Source: Felis catus
Lineage: Eukaryota
Assembly: GCF_018350175.1 (NCBI RefSeq)
Contig: NC_058373.1
Coordinates: 115,260,001-115,324,000 of the forward strand
Reading direction: 5' to 3'
DNA: 64,000 bases
Shown: positions 35,220-47,380 of the stretch, in pieces
Position numbering within the stretch: the stretch's first letter is position 1
Layout: every line of letters begins with the position of its first letter
Program-made: the position numbers and the translations under genes
The notes under the pieces: model-generated
What the model saw: the letters and a program-made list of their open reading frames with translations, nothing else
What the model was told of the DNA's origin: nothing
The model's database searches: none

Positions 35220-35443
35220 TTTTTTTTTTTAATTTTTTTTAACGTTTATTTATTATTGAGAGACAGAGACAGAGCATGAGCATGGGAAGGACAGAGAGAG
35301 AGGAGGAGACACAGAATCTGAAGCAGGCTCCAGGCTCTGAGCTGCCAGCACAGAGCCCGACACGGGGCTTGAACTCACAAACCGTGAGGTCATGACCTGA
35401 GCCAAAGTCTGACGCTTAACTGACTGAGCCACACAGGTGCCCC
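35220..35443 (-). mobile_element. CanSINE
   Basis: TSD GCAAATATCTTTT. Confidence 0.92.
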
Positions 35444-35959
35444 AGCAAATATCTTTTAATAGAAACACGTTTTTAATAAGTGGCAGGATGATAATGCTGA
35501 ATGTTAATCTTCCCCATCCCTAAACCCAGCTGTCCTGCATTCTCTGGTCCCTTGTCTGCCTGGCTGGTGAGTTCGTATGCCTTTACAGGAGGATTTCAGA
35601 AATGCAGAGAGAATAGAGCATGTGCATACTCAGCTTTTCATCTGAAACTCAAAACAGAGAGAAGAGTCTTGATCGCTTTTACGACCAAAGGAAGGGAAGA
35701 GAATCTGAGGGAAGTAAAGTCCCTCGGGAAGGGCTGGCACCCTGCCCCACTATCTCACTCAGGATCACAACTCCAGGTTGGGGACAGTCACCTGAATAAA
35801 TCTGGGTGCTCTGAGGACAGAGAGGACTTGTACTGGGGATTTCCCTGGGGAAATCCACAGATCTAGAGCCCCCTGCTGTGGCTGGTGGCAAGATGGCACA
35901 TCTGGGCACAGAGGGTCCAAAGTTGGTGAACTCCTCCTCTCTGAGACTCCGGCTGCCCA

Positions 35960-36345
35960 AAGGGCATGTGTCTAGCTGGGTTTGGGAAACAGGGAAACAG
36001 GGCACATGGATAGATCATGATGGGGATGAGTCCTGAGCAGAGGGAATAACCTGTAGGGAGGCTCTGGGCTGGGGGGTTGTTGGAGAGCAGCAAGGACGGT
36101 CAGGTAGTAGAAGCAGTCAAGGGAGGGAGCCAGGAGCAGTTGATGAGGAGAGAGAGAGCACCTGTGGCTAGACCCTGCTGGTGCTTGTTGGACGTGGACA
36201 GAATCCTTGACTTCATCCTTAGAATGGTGGGAAATCATGGAGGGCTTTAAAAAGGGAAGTGATGTGATCTGACAGGCATTTGTGGAAAATGCCTTCAGGA
36301 GACCAAGAGTGGAAGCAGGAAGCCTATTGCAGTAATCCACACTAG
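35960..36345 (-). mobile_element. L2-like fragment
   Basis: GGAAATCATGGAGGGCTTTAA...GAAGCCTATTGCAGTAATCCA motifs. Confidence 0.55.
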
Positions 36346-36369
36346 ATCCAAAGGTTGCTTAGACTCTCC

Positions 36370-36625
36370 CTGGGGTGTCCAATATGGAAGCCGCTAGCCA
36401 CATGCTGGCTGTGAGTGCTGGAAATGTGGCTAGTGGCTTCCATATTGGATGTGAGTACTGGAAATGTGAGTACCGGAAAAGGGTAAAAATACATGCTGAA
36501 ATCTGAAGACTTACTCCAAAAATAAAATACCGCATTGATAATTAAAAAATATTTATTACATGTTGAAGTGGTACTACTTTGACTATGTTTGGTTACATAA
36601 TATATATATTATTAAAATTAATCTC
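36370..36625. mobile_element. MER3/MER33-like hAT-Charlie MITE
   Basis: TGTCCAATATGG..GC.CTAGCCACATG..GGCT...GAAATGTGGCTAGT and ATTACATGTTGAA...ATTAAAATTAAT motifs. Confidence 0.7.
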
Positions 36626-36802
36626 AGGGGCGCCGGGTGGCTCAGTCAGGTAAGCATCTAACTCTTGATTTCGGCTCAGGTCATGATCTCACGGTTCGTG
36701 AGTTTGAACCCCACATCTGTGCTGTCAGCACAGGGCCTGCTTGGGATTCTCTGTCTCTGTCTCTCTCTTTCTGTCTCTCAAAATAAATGAACTTAAAAAA
36801 AA
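36626..36802 (+). mobile_element. CanSINE
   Basis: Head, (CT)n, A tail; internal deletion. Confidence 0.88.
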
Positions 36803-37390
36803 TTCAAAATCGTTAGCAAGGCGTCCAAGGCTGTCCGTGACTTGATGCATTTTCAGATTCCTCTGTATCCCCATCCTGTAGGGGCTCAGCTCTCGTCGGA
36901 GGGACATATTTTTTTCCTCCATGGAATGTTTGTCACATCTGTGAGTACTCAGCAAAGGTGCTCAATAAGTCTCTGGGAACCCTCAGGACACTTTTCCTAC
37001 ACTCTTCAGTTCCTCATTTCCCTGTGTAGCTTCCCTCCCAGATGGAAAGTTTCTGGAGGGTGAGAGCAGAGACAGGTGGGTGGACCAGCTCTGGGGTCCT
37101 CAACTGCAGCGGACAGTTTTTAGTTTTTGACTATACCAGAAGCCACCCTGCTGCCCGCTGTGGGCACAGGACCCAGGTTCAAAAAATAATTCTATTGTGA
37201 GTGAAGGATGCAAAGCCTGGGTTCCTATCTAGGGGGGCGGGGTACTCAATGTCTATGGCGGCACAACAGCCCCCAGCCTAGATGGTTCCTTCCAGTGCAA
37301 GTCTGATCTGATCCCTCGGCCCATAAGACTTCTGTGAGAACCCCTCTCTTCTTCCAACAATTCCCTTTTTTGTTTAAGACCATCAAAGTT

Positions 37391-37612
37391 GGGGTGCCTG
37401 GGTGGCTCAGTGGGTTAAGCACCTGACTTCAGCTCAGGTCATGATCTCATGGTTCATGGGTATGAGCCCCGCGTCAGGCTCTGTGCTGACAGTTCGTAGC
37501 CTGGAACCTGCTTTGGATTTTGTGTCTCCCTCTCTGTCGCTGTCCCTCCCCTGCTCATGCTCTGTCTGTCTCTCTCTCAAAAATAAACATTAAAAAAAAA
37601 AAAAAAAAAAAA
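37391..37612 (+). mobile_element. CanSINE
   Basis: Long A tail; TSD aagaccatcaaagtt / aagactgtcgaagtt. Confidence 0.92.
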
Positions 37613-38685
37613 GACTGTCGAAGTTGCTTTCTGTGGTTTTCAACCAGGCGCTCTGACTCACACAAGATGCAAAAACATTGTCAGATTGGAGTCCCCTTGG
37701 TAGAGGGAGAGAGATATAGCATACAGGGACTCAGAAGTCACTGTCATTGCTCTTTCTTGATCTGGGTGATATGTACTTATGTATATATTTTCTTATTCTT
37801 TGTAACTTATATATGTGTATATGTATATGCATGTATGTATTGTTTAGATGTAGAAAATATTTCATGATAACCATAAGCATCAAAACAATGACTGGAATGA
37901 ATCAGAAATGGAGTACTAGTTAACTCAGGTTTCCACACGCAACTCTGTTCATATCTGGGGAAAAGCAAACAGGTCCCACTTCCATTGAGTCAGTGTTCTC
38001 GATCGGGAATAAAACAGTCCTTGGCAACACCAGACTGGATCTAGTGAGTATGTTTGTGCCCTGAAATGCACTCTGTTCTGTGCAATGTTAGGTCAGACTA
38101 CCAGCCCGAGAGCCATTTGAAGTCAGCTGAAATTGTGAAACCAGTCAATAGCAGTGTTATCGCGAAGGGGTGATCTATTATCTACATTTGAAATCCTTCA
38201 ATTTGCTTTTCAAAAAGTAGCCCAACTAGGACAATCGTGAAAGAAAAAACAGAGGAGAGAAGAAGAAATATTAGAAAGTTGAAAACATTTTGCTGCTGGG
38301 GTCAGAAAAAGAATTTGTCAGTACTTTTGGACATTGTTTTATATGTATATGCTTATACATGATCTCTTGGTTAAGTGTGAATGATTAAAGCTTTATATGA
38401 GCACATGTAAGAAATTACTTATTTGAGTATAGGAATTATATAATTTCTGTTTTTATTAGCATTTAAACTAAACAGATTTGAAGGGGCCCCAAGTTATCAG
38501 CAGCTGCCCAAGAACCCAAATGTCTCATCTGATTCTGGGAAGAGGTGCGTATTTGTCCGTCTTTACATTCTCAGCATAGAATGCTGTTAGATAAATGATT
38601 GCTTTGCGCATGGTAAAATCACGTCCTGGTATCATTGGGAGATTCAAACCAATGGACAAAGTCCTGGCCGCCCTTACCAGTTCTA

Positions 38686-38699
38686 CCACCAGATGGCAG
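38686..38699 (+). promoter_or_regulatory. Candidate CTCF site
   Basis: CCACCAGATGGCAG matches the CTCF core consensus CCASYAGRKGGCRS at every position. Confidence 0.55.
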
Positions 38700-38912
38700 T
38701 AAGTCACCTCTGATGGGATTGCCCTACACCTAGGGCCACTGCTGGGTTGGGAGTGAGGGGAGTAAATCTGGGTGTGTGCAGAGGCCATGGAAAGTGTAGG
38801 GGTGGTTTTTGATATGGAGAATCCTTTGTTGGAAAAGAGAAAAATCTGCCAAAAGTATAATTCAGTTTTTCACAGTTCAGAGCTTCATAAAGCACTGTGT
38901 ATATACAACCCA

Positions 38913-39100
38913 TTTTTTTAAAAAATTATTATTTTTGAGAGAGAGAAAGGGACAGAGAGAAAGCTCGCACGCTCTCCCAAACAGGCACTGCCCTGCCAGC
39001 ACAGAGCCACTGAGGGGCCTACACCCAGGAACAGTGACATCAGACGTGGGCTGAAATCAGGAGTCGGGCGCTTAACCAACTGAGCTAGCCAGGCACCCCC
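38913..39100 (-). mobile_element. CanSINE (diverged)
   Basis: Head and tail motifs. Confidence 0.82.
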
Positions 39101-39530
39101 AGATTTCTTGTTGATTAACATAATTTGAGAATATCTTTCTACAAATCCTTGTTTCCTCTTGACTTTTCATCCACAGTAGTTCTGAAATAATATGAGCTTC
39201 TTTTGCTTTTATGGCCCAACTTTTCTCTTCCAAAGTTAGAGGCTTCTAATAGGTTCACAAAAGGCATTTAAGAATATGAAGTCGGCTTCCCTCCTCGCTG
39301 AACGGATACCTATGACATTTATTGGGGACCTACTTTGCACCAAGCATTTTACACGGCAAGTTCCTTTTATTTCTCACACTATCCTTTGGGAAATGGTTTT
39401 CATTTACCCCATTTTACAGATGAGAAAACAGAGATACAGAGAGAGAAAATAATTGGTTCCCTAATGACTCAGTGGCAGACGAAGGGTCTGAACCCTAAAT
39501 CTGTTGGTATCCACACTCATGCATGGATCA

Positions 39531-39742
39531 TAGGGTTTCTCAACGTTGGCACTATTGACATTTTGGACTAGATAATTCTTTGTTGGCAGGGACGTGGGGG
39601 GGCCATTGTTCAGTGGCATCCCTGACCTCTACCCACTAGATGCTGGTAGCACCCCTCTACCCTACTTGTGAGAACTGAAGATGTCTGTGGACATTGCCAA
39701 ATGACCCCTGAGAGGCAAATACATCACCTCTGAGAACAACTG
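39531..39742. mobile_element. MER20 hAT DNA transposon, preceded by a MIR (~39320-39520)
   Basis: GGTTTCTCAAC..TGGCACTATTGACATTTTGG...CCCACTAGATGC...GACATTGCCAAATG...TGAGAAC.ACTG. Confidence 0.85.
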
Positions 39743-40760
39743 ATGTATTAGAAGCTTTGGCTGGGCTTTGCTTGCTACAGGCTAGTGCTGCCTTAGAGCA
39801 GAAAGATGGGGTTCTGCTAGGCACGGGCTTTTCAAGAGTCCTGTTTTACCTTCTTCCAGCTGCTGTCCTCCCTAAGAGTAAGCCGTCCACAGAGCCAAGA
39901 AAACATGCCTACCTTTGGCAAACCCAACTTTCAGAACCATATTCCGTATTCCAGGGCCTGAGTGAGCTTTCTGCCAGTTTTCCTTGCTGATGGAAGGGTG
40001 GGTGGCCCCTGAAAGGTGGTGCAGGGTGTCTACTGAGGTGGGAGGGAGGTGGGTAGAGCTGGCCATGCCAGCTGGGTTGTTTGGACACAAATGGGTGAAC
40101 AAGGACCTACCAGTGGAAGACGGTGTTGGGAGAGAAGGGTGATGGGCTGTGGGCGGGGGGTTCCATTTCTATTTTGACTCAGCTTGCAAATATCGGGGCA
40201 GTCTCTCTCCAGACCCCAGCTACTGGCAGAGCTGATGGGAGATGTGGGTACAGGTCACACATTCTGACACAGCAGTTGAAGACCTCAGAATCGCCATGTT
40301 TGCCAACATAGAAAGGCTCTCAGGGTTCCAGGCTTTCTCCTGAATCACATTTTCTGTAGAGAGATGTTCACCATATTTACTTTTCACTTGGTGGCTATGT
40401 CTCACAAGCAGTTACCATGTTTCTCCTGGAAAAGCAGAAAGGAGTCAAACCAGTAAAGGTGCTTGGAGAAGCGGGTGTATTCAGCTCAAAGTCATGGGTC
40501 CCTTCACCCCGCAAATGGGACAGTCTTCACGATATTCACATTGAAAGGACCTCCAGGTATAAACGGTCACAAGTCGTGGGAATGTTTTCACCTATTTGGA
40601 ATTATTTAAAGCACAGTCTATCCCTAATCCCCATTACTGGATATTTATAATGTTCTTTTCAGTTTTTTTGTACATTATAAGTAATACATGTCTGTCAGTG
40701 GAGGGACTGGTTATTTATTTATGGTGCATCCACATGCTGGAACCCAAAACAACCATTAGA

Positions 40761-40961
40761 GGGGCATCTGGGTGGCTCGGTTGGTTGGGGTCTGACTTTT
40801 GATCTTGGCTTAGGTCATGGTCTCCTGGTTTGTGGGACTAAGCCCCGCTTTGGGCTCTGCACTAATGGTAAGGAGCCTGCTTGGGATTCTCTCTCTCTCT
40901 CCCTTTCCCTCTGCCTCTCCTCTGCTTGTGTGAATGTGCACGGTCTCTCACTCTCTCTCTC

Positions 40962-41006
<45 letters not shown>
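40761..41006 (+). mobile_element. CanSINE with (AAAT)n tail
   Basis: Head, (CT)n, ~10 AAAT units. Confidence 0.9.
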
Positions 41007-41057
41007 GAAAAAGCAACCAGTGCAACGGGTAGCAAGCGTATAAAGATGAGCCAAGAT

Positions 41058-41123
41058 TTATTTATTTTTTTAAACGTTTATTTATTTATTTATTTAGAGA
41101 GAGAGCATGAGCAGGGATGGGGC

Positions 41124-41159
<36 letters not shown>

Positions 41160-41283
41160 TCCCAAGCAGGCTCCACACCGTCAGCACAGAGCCCGATTCA
41201 GGGCTCGAAGTCACGAACCGTGAGATCATGACCTGAGCCGTAACCAAGAGTCGGACACTTAGCTGAGCCACCCAGGCGCCCCC
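41058..41283 (-). mobile_element. CanSINE
   Basis: TSD GAGCCAAGAT. Confidence 0.92.
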
Positions 41284-41799
41284 AACACGAGCCAAGATCA
41301 ATTTCCTTATTTATTTGTGTAACAAATACATTCTGAGCACATAGTTGATGTTGGTGCTGAGTTAGGCACTGGATAATAAAAATACGCGTTTTGACTTCCA
41401 AAGACGTCCATTATGGAACATTAAGCTTAAAAAGCCAGCTTACGGTCACATATATACAATCACATATATGCTATTATGTATTTATATAAATGTAATAGTG
41501 AGCATTTCCTGAATGCTGGGATTCGCCATGCCTGAAGAACAAGAGTAAGCACTCATATATGAGAACTTCACTTAACCCTTATATCTGTGAGGTAGGTATT
41601 AGCTTCTCCATTATGCAAAAGATGAGTGAGATGTAGGAAGGTTAAGGAACATGGCTAAGTCATACACACGACCTTGAGTTGTGTAGTTGGGACCAACTCT
41701 GACTACAGAGCCTGAGATCTCCGTCACTGTGCTCTATGGCTTTTCCAAAAAGGTGTTACATACGAGGAGGAAGTGATCTGTGCTGTTTAGGATTATGGG

Positions 41800-42570
41800 A
41801 TTAGTCTTTCTACTCTCTAAATTTTAAACCAATTATATAGTAAATTTGTCAACTTCCAGAAAAAAATTTCTGATTTTGATCAAGACGGCATTTAATTTAT
41901 AGAACGCTGGGGGCAGAATTACCATCTACATAATTTTCAGGATTCCTGTCTAGGAATACGGCAGATCTTTCCACACATATTCAAGTTATTTCTGTCCTGC
42001 CCTTAAATTAAGTGTGTTAATGTTAAACGCATGGATTTCACACCTTTCTTGTTAAATTTAATTTTAGTTCTGGTTGCAACTTTAAAATGGACTTTCTTTC
42101 CAGTTTCCTTTTCTAACTGGATATTTCTGTTCTAAGTCAAGGTAATTGGTTCTTGGGTGTTAATTTTTATTTAGCCACAGCATCAAACCATCTAATTTGT
42201 TTTTAAGTTGAGGTAAAATTCATATAACCTGAAATTAGCCATTTAAAAGTTAACAAATTCAGTGATAGTTAGTACGTTTACAATGTTGTGCACCCACCAC
42301 CCCTGTCTAGTTCTAAAACTTTTTCCAGATTGATTTATTTATTTTGGGAGAGAACGCAAGTGGGGGAGGGGGAGAGAGAGAGAATCCCAAGCAAGCTCCA
42401 CACCGTCAGTGCAGAGCCAGATGCAGGGCTCAAACCCACAAACTGTGAGATCATGACCTTGAGCAGAAGTTAGACGTTTAACCAACTGAGCCACCCAGGT
42501 GCCCCTAGTTCCAAAACATTTAATCACCCTGGAAAAAACCTCTTGCCCATTAAGCTATTGTTCCCCATGA
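41800..42570 (-). mobile_element. Old L1 fragments (antisense) with nested SINE
   Basis: T-rich plus strand; L1MB-like 3' end TTGAGGTAAAATTCATATAAC...TTCAGTG...ACAATGTTGTGCA. Confidence 0.6.
42334..42505 (-). mobile_element. CanSINE
   Basis: TSD ctagttctaaaac / ctagttccaaaac. Confidence 0.9.
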
Positions 42571-42576
42571 ACCTGC

Positions 42577-42607
<31 letters not shown>

Positions 42608-43306
42608 GAATTTTAGAACCTGGAGCTGTGAAGCCCATGCACACCTTCGGGTCATGTGACATTGCCACGGGGTGGAAGGGGTTGCAAAAGTGCTGTGACA
42701 ATGCAGACGATGGGTCTTCTTGTCTCCTGTGTTGTGGGAAACCCCACAGACACGGGATTTTTCCAGATTTTCACTCAGATTCCAACCTTCCTTCTTCGCA
42801 GCTAGCCTTCCTCACTTCCACGATAAAGCGGAGGCTTCCTCCTTCTTCTCCCGTTAGGACTGACTCCTCAAATTTCCTGCACGTTGCACGGCAAGCCCTG
42901 GATGTGTGTTTTGGGATGACCCAGCTAGGGAAATGAGATGGGTCTAAGGTTTCTCCCAGTGTTAGACCCATCTCTACCTCACTTCTCGGCCTGCTTGAAA
43001 ATAAATAGTTTGAGAGGTTCATGCTGAAATGACCCTCAGACCTCCTTTGGCCAGTCACAAGCCTGGTTCTTGCTGCCAAGGATAACTGGTGCTTCCGCAC
43101 GGCTGGAGTCGAGCTACGTGCTGCCAGGGCCGGCCAAGAAGCCCCGGGGGCTCGGCGAAGGTGGAGGGTGGGAGTGAGGGCGACCGTGCCGAAAGCCAGC
43201 TTGGTTTGTGATTGTCAACACTCAGGGACATTTACCTGATATATGTGTATTGCTTGCATAGACTGAAATTTATTCCAAATTCAATGTAGCTAAACTTTCC
43301 TCATTC

Positions 43307-43392
43307 TTTTTTTTTTTTAAGCTTATTTATTTACTTTGCGAGAGAGCGAGAGTGAGAGCGTGGTATTGGGGGGAAGGGGAAGAGAGAGAGAT

Positions 43393-43439
<47 letters not shown>

Positions 43440-43559
43440 CCCAAGCAGGCTCCACATTGTCAGCACAAAGCCTGACACGGGTCTGAAACTCACAAACTGT
43501 GAGATCATGACCTCAGCTGAAATCAAGAGTCGAATAGTTAACCGACACCCAGGTGCCCC
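43307..43559 (-). mobile_element. CanSINE with expanded (GA)n
   Basis: Head and tail; long GA run ~43380-43437. Confidence 0.9.
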
Positions 43560-43729
43560 AAATTTCCTTCATTCTTTAAAAAAAATTCTATTAATAACAC
43601 AAGTAACACATGAGAGCCTTCGCGCTGTTTTTCCTGTTATTGTCAATTTCTTTTTTTATTTTATTTCTCATGCCTATCTCTGGGTCTGGGGTTGCTGTGT
43701 GTGTGTGTGTGTGTGCACGTACGTGTATT

Positions 43730-43951
43730 TTTTTCAACGTTTTTTGTTTTTGTTTTTGTTTTTTTTGGGACAGAGAGAGACAGAGCATGAACGGGGGAGG
43801 GGCAGAGAGAGAGGGAGACACAGAATCGGAAACAGGCTCCAGGCTCTGAGCCATCAGCCCAGAGCCCGACGCGGGGCTCGAACTCCCAGACCGCGAGATC
43901 GTGACCTGGCTGAAGTCGGACGCTTAACCGACTGCGCCACCCAGGCGCCCC
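43730..43951 (-). mobile_element. Young feline SINEC_Fc-type element
   Basis: Perfect 16-bp TSD TGCACGTACGTGTATT (43714-43729, 43952-43967). Confidence 0.96.
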
Positions 43952-44302
43952 TGCACGTACGTGTATTGATTTGGGTGTCATGACTTGTGCTCGGCACTGA
44001 AGACGCTAGGATAATGTCTTTTATGTCTTCAATGAGCTCCCATTAGGAGGGTTAGAAACCCAGCTCCTTTGTTCCTTCACCTCCCTGTCATGTGGATTCT
44101 TCTCTCTTTCCTTACATGCAGCCACAGCTGGGGTTGAGGCACTGGCTTAGTCATCGCTGGCAGAGTGAACTGTGGGGTGAAGCGGGCTCACAAATGAAGA
44201 GTCAGCTCCCCGTGGGTCACACCGGTGCCAGGAAACTTGTGACTTCTGGTGAGTATGTGGAAACCCTGTGCCTCCGAGCCCTTGCCTTGGGCTTTGGGAT
44301 CT

Positions 44303-44812
44303 TTTACAGACCGAATGTTTGTGTCCCCCCAAATTGCAGTGTTGCAGCCCGATGCCCCAGTGTGATGGTGTTCAGAGGTTCATAAAAATGCCGTGATCTG
44401 TTGGTGTGTTCATATTTGTCCTTGCTGTAGTTTCTTCTTTACGAAAGTGGCTGCTGTGTATTAATGACATTATAGCTCCATGGTGAATTACAGGCTTTAT
44501 CAATAGAAAATGCCCTTCTTTGTTTCTTTCAATGTCACTTTGGGAAGCGATTAGGATTAGATGAAGTCATCAGGGTGGAGCCCCTAGGATGGGATTAGTA
44601 CCTTTATGTTAAGAGTCATAAGGGAGGCTGCTTCCATCTCTGCTCTCCCCCATGTGAGGATACAATGAGCTGGAGGCACTCCATACCCCGGAAGAGTGCC
44701 GTCACCAGAACCGCCATGATCTTTGACTTCCGGCCTCCAGAACTGTGAGAAATAAACTTCTGTTGTTTATAAGCCACCGATTTCTGTTGTGATAGCCCAA
44801 ATGGACTGAGAT
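44303..44812 (+). mobile_element. MLT1A-like MaLR LTR with a ~160-bp foreign insert
   Basis: GAATGTTTGTGTCCCCCCAAATT...GTGATGGT; GGGTGGAGCCC..GATGGGATTAGT; CCTCCAGAACTGTGAGAAATAAA..CTGTTGTTTATAAGCCACC; ATGGACTGAGA. Confidence 0.85.
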
Positions 44813-45069
44813 AGTAGCTGATGCTGGTGTTCCAGTACCATGGCACTATAGACTTGCATCTAAACAGCAGTGGGTGAGGGCAGGAAACTGATCTAGAAGA
44901 CATTCTAGATGATGCCTGGACGGGCCCGTTCCGTTCTCCTTTTGGTTCTGCCCCCGCCTCCCCCCAGGCAACCTCGGAGTCCATGCCGAAGGCTCTTCTA
45001 CCTGCTGGTTTCACCTTCCCACCTGACCTCTCCCATCCCCTCATTTTTCTCCCTTTCAATTGTGTCTTC

Positions 45070-45289
45070 TTTTTGGTTTTTGTTTTTAATGTTTATTTAT
45101 TTTTGAGAGAGACAGAGACGGAATGTGAGTGGGTTGGGGCAGAGAGAGAGGGAGACACAGAGTCTGCAGCAGGCTCCAGGCTCCGAGCTGTCAGCACAGA
45201 GCCTGACGCGGGGCTCGAACTCATGAACCGTGAGATCATAACCCTAGCCAAAGTCAGACGCTCAACCGACTGAGCCACCCGGGCGCTCC
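45070..45289 (-). mobile_element. CanSINE (feline type)
   Basis: TSD TCAATTGTGT. Confidence 0.92.
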
Positions 45290-45639
45290 TCAATTGTGTG
45301 TCCTTTAGTGATCGTTTCAATTAAAATTTCTGAAAGATTTAATGCGTTGATTAAGTATTCAACAATTTGCCTAAGATCTTACTATAGTGTGGAAATAAAT
45401 ACCAACCGCAACAGTGCAGGTCATAGAACATAAGAGTGAAACAAGGTTTAAAGTAGAATCGAGCAATAGGGACCTGCGGGGCAGCAAGATGATCCCTCAG
45501 GGTGAGGACTGAAATCCAGGACCCAGGTGCTGAGGTCTCGCGGATGCATATTACCCTCATCTTGATGTTATGTCTTAGAGCGCCACCTACACGTAAGTCA
45601 ACGAAAATTCTGGGAACCTTTTTGAGCATGATTTTACTT

Positions 45640-45757
45640 TGTATTTTTAAAGTAGGCTCCACATGCAGCGTGGGCCTTGAACTCATGACCCTGAGATCAA
45701 GACCTGAACTGAGATCAAGAGTGGGACACTCAACTAAATGAGCCACCCAAGCACCCC
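45640..45757 (-). mobile_element. Short CanSINE
   Basis: Head motif; internal GAGATCAAGA duplication. Confidence 0.8.
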
Positions 45758-45869
45758 TTGATCATGATTTTAACCGGAATAGATTCACAACTACCTCATA
45801 TCATGGAAGTATGGTTGTCAGAGATCTTGGCAGGCAGTGTTCTGTCCTTCCCCTCCATTTGTCTTCCTA

Positions 45870-46103
45870 CTTATTTATTTATTATTTTATTTTACTGTTA
45901 TTTTAAATGTTTATTTGGAGAGAGAGAGAGAGTGCATACGCAAGCGGTGCGGGTGGGGGGGGGAGGGCGGGCAGAGAGAGAGAAGGAAAGAGAGAATCTC
46001 AAGCAGGCCCCACGCTATCAGCACAGAGCCTGAAGGGGGGCTCTATCCCACCAACCGTGAGTTCATGATCTGAGCCGAAATCAAGAGTCAGATGCTCAAC
46101 CAA
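45870..46103 (-). mobile_element. CanSINE
   Basis: Head, body and tail. Confidence 0.9.
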
Positions 46104-46221
46104 CTGAGCCACCCAGGCACCCCTGTCTTCGTTTTTAAACTTTTGAAATGAAATTCTCACTAGCATTCTCCCGGTAGCCTCCCCAACCCAGTAAATGGTT
46201 GCGATGGAGAGCAATTTTCAA

Positions 46222-46395
46222 AGGTGGTTGCAACACTATTCCCCATCCCACGTGCTCTTCTAAAACCTTCTCCTTCATCAAGAGATGAGGCCTAAGTCTC
46301 TTTGCTTGAAACTGTGTGAAACTGTGTGTGGCCCGTAGAGTATGGTGGAAATGGTGCTATGTGACTTCCGAGGCCGGTTCATAAAAATGCCATGA
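46222..46395 (+). mobile_element. MLT1E/F-like LTR 5' fragment
   Basis: CATCAAGAGATGAGG...TATGTGACTTCCGAGGC.GG.TCATAAAA.TGCCATG. Confidence 0.6.
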
Positions 46396-46556
46396 TCTGT
46401 TGGTGTGTTCATATTTTTCCTTGCAAAAGCCGTAGGAAGGTTTTACTTTCGTTCGAACAGCTAGCTTTATTTTCATACCTTTATATCATGCACGTAGCAC
46501 TCTCTCTACTTTGGCGGTGGCAGATTGTCTTTTGATGCCATAATATGAACCATGTT

Positions 46557-46789
46557 TGTTTGTTTTTAAGTTTTTAATGCTTATTTATTTTTGACAGAGA
46601 GAGAGAGAGAGAGAGCAAGCTAGCAGGGGAGGGGCGGAGAGAGAGAGAGGGAGACACAGAATCTGAAACAGGCTCCGGGCTCTGAGCTGTCAGCACAGAG
46701 CCCCGCTTGGGGCCTGAACTCGGGATGGGTGAGATCATGACCTGAGCCGAAGTCGGACGCTTAACCGACTGAGCCACCCAGGTGCCCCC
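46557..46789 (-). mobile_element. CanSINE
   Basis: Perfect TSD ATAATATGAACCATGTT. Confidence 0.93.
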
Positions 46790-47118
46790 ATAATATGAAC
46801 CATGTTAAACTTAGGTGGTGACTTCCTCTCCCTATACCCTCCTCTTCCGCCGGTATTTGACGAAATATTCTTATTCCCAGATAACGCTTACGAGGCAGTC
46901 AGCATACTTCTTCTTCCCCTAGACACTCTCCCTTCTTGCCCCACTTGTGGTGGTTATACTGTATTTATTTACCCTGTCAGAGCAGGTAAAGCATCACAGC
47001 CTATGTTGCCTCATTTATGACCAGCACCTGGTCTTAATTTTACAGGTAAATTTATATTTGATACTTACCACCAGTGCTCATATAGATGTTTTCCAGTCAC
47101 TTTGTTGTTGTTGTTGTT

Positions 47119-47354
47119 TTCTTTCTTTTTTTTTTTTTTTAATTTTTTTTTCAACGTTTATTTATTTTTGGGACAGAGAGAGACAGAGCATGAACGGGGG
47201 AGGGGCAGAGAGAGAGGGAGACACAGAATCAGAAACAGGCTCCAGGCTCTGAGCCATCAGCCCAGAGCCTGACGCGGGGCTCGAACTCACGGACTGCGAG
47301 ATCGTGACCTGGCTGAAGTCGGACGCTTAACCGACTGCACCACCCAGGCGCCCC
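47119..47354 (-). mobile_element. Young SINEC_Fc-type element (first of tandem pair)
   Basis: TSD TGTTGTTGTTGTTTTCT. Confidence 0.95.
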
Positions 47355-47380
47355 TGTTGTTGTTGTTTTCTAAAACTAAT

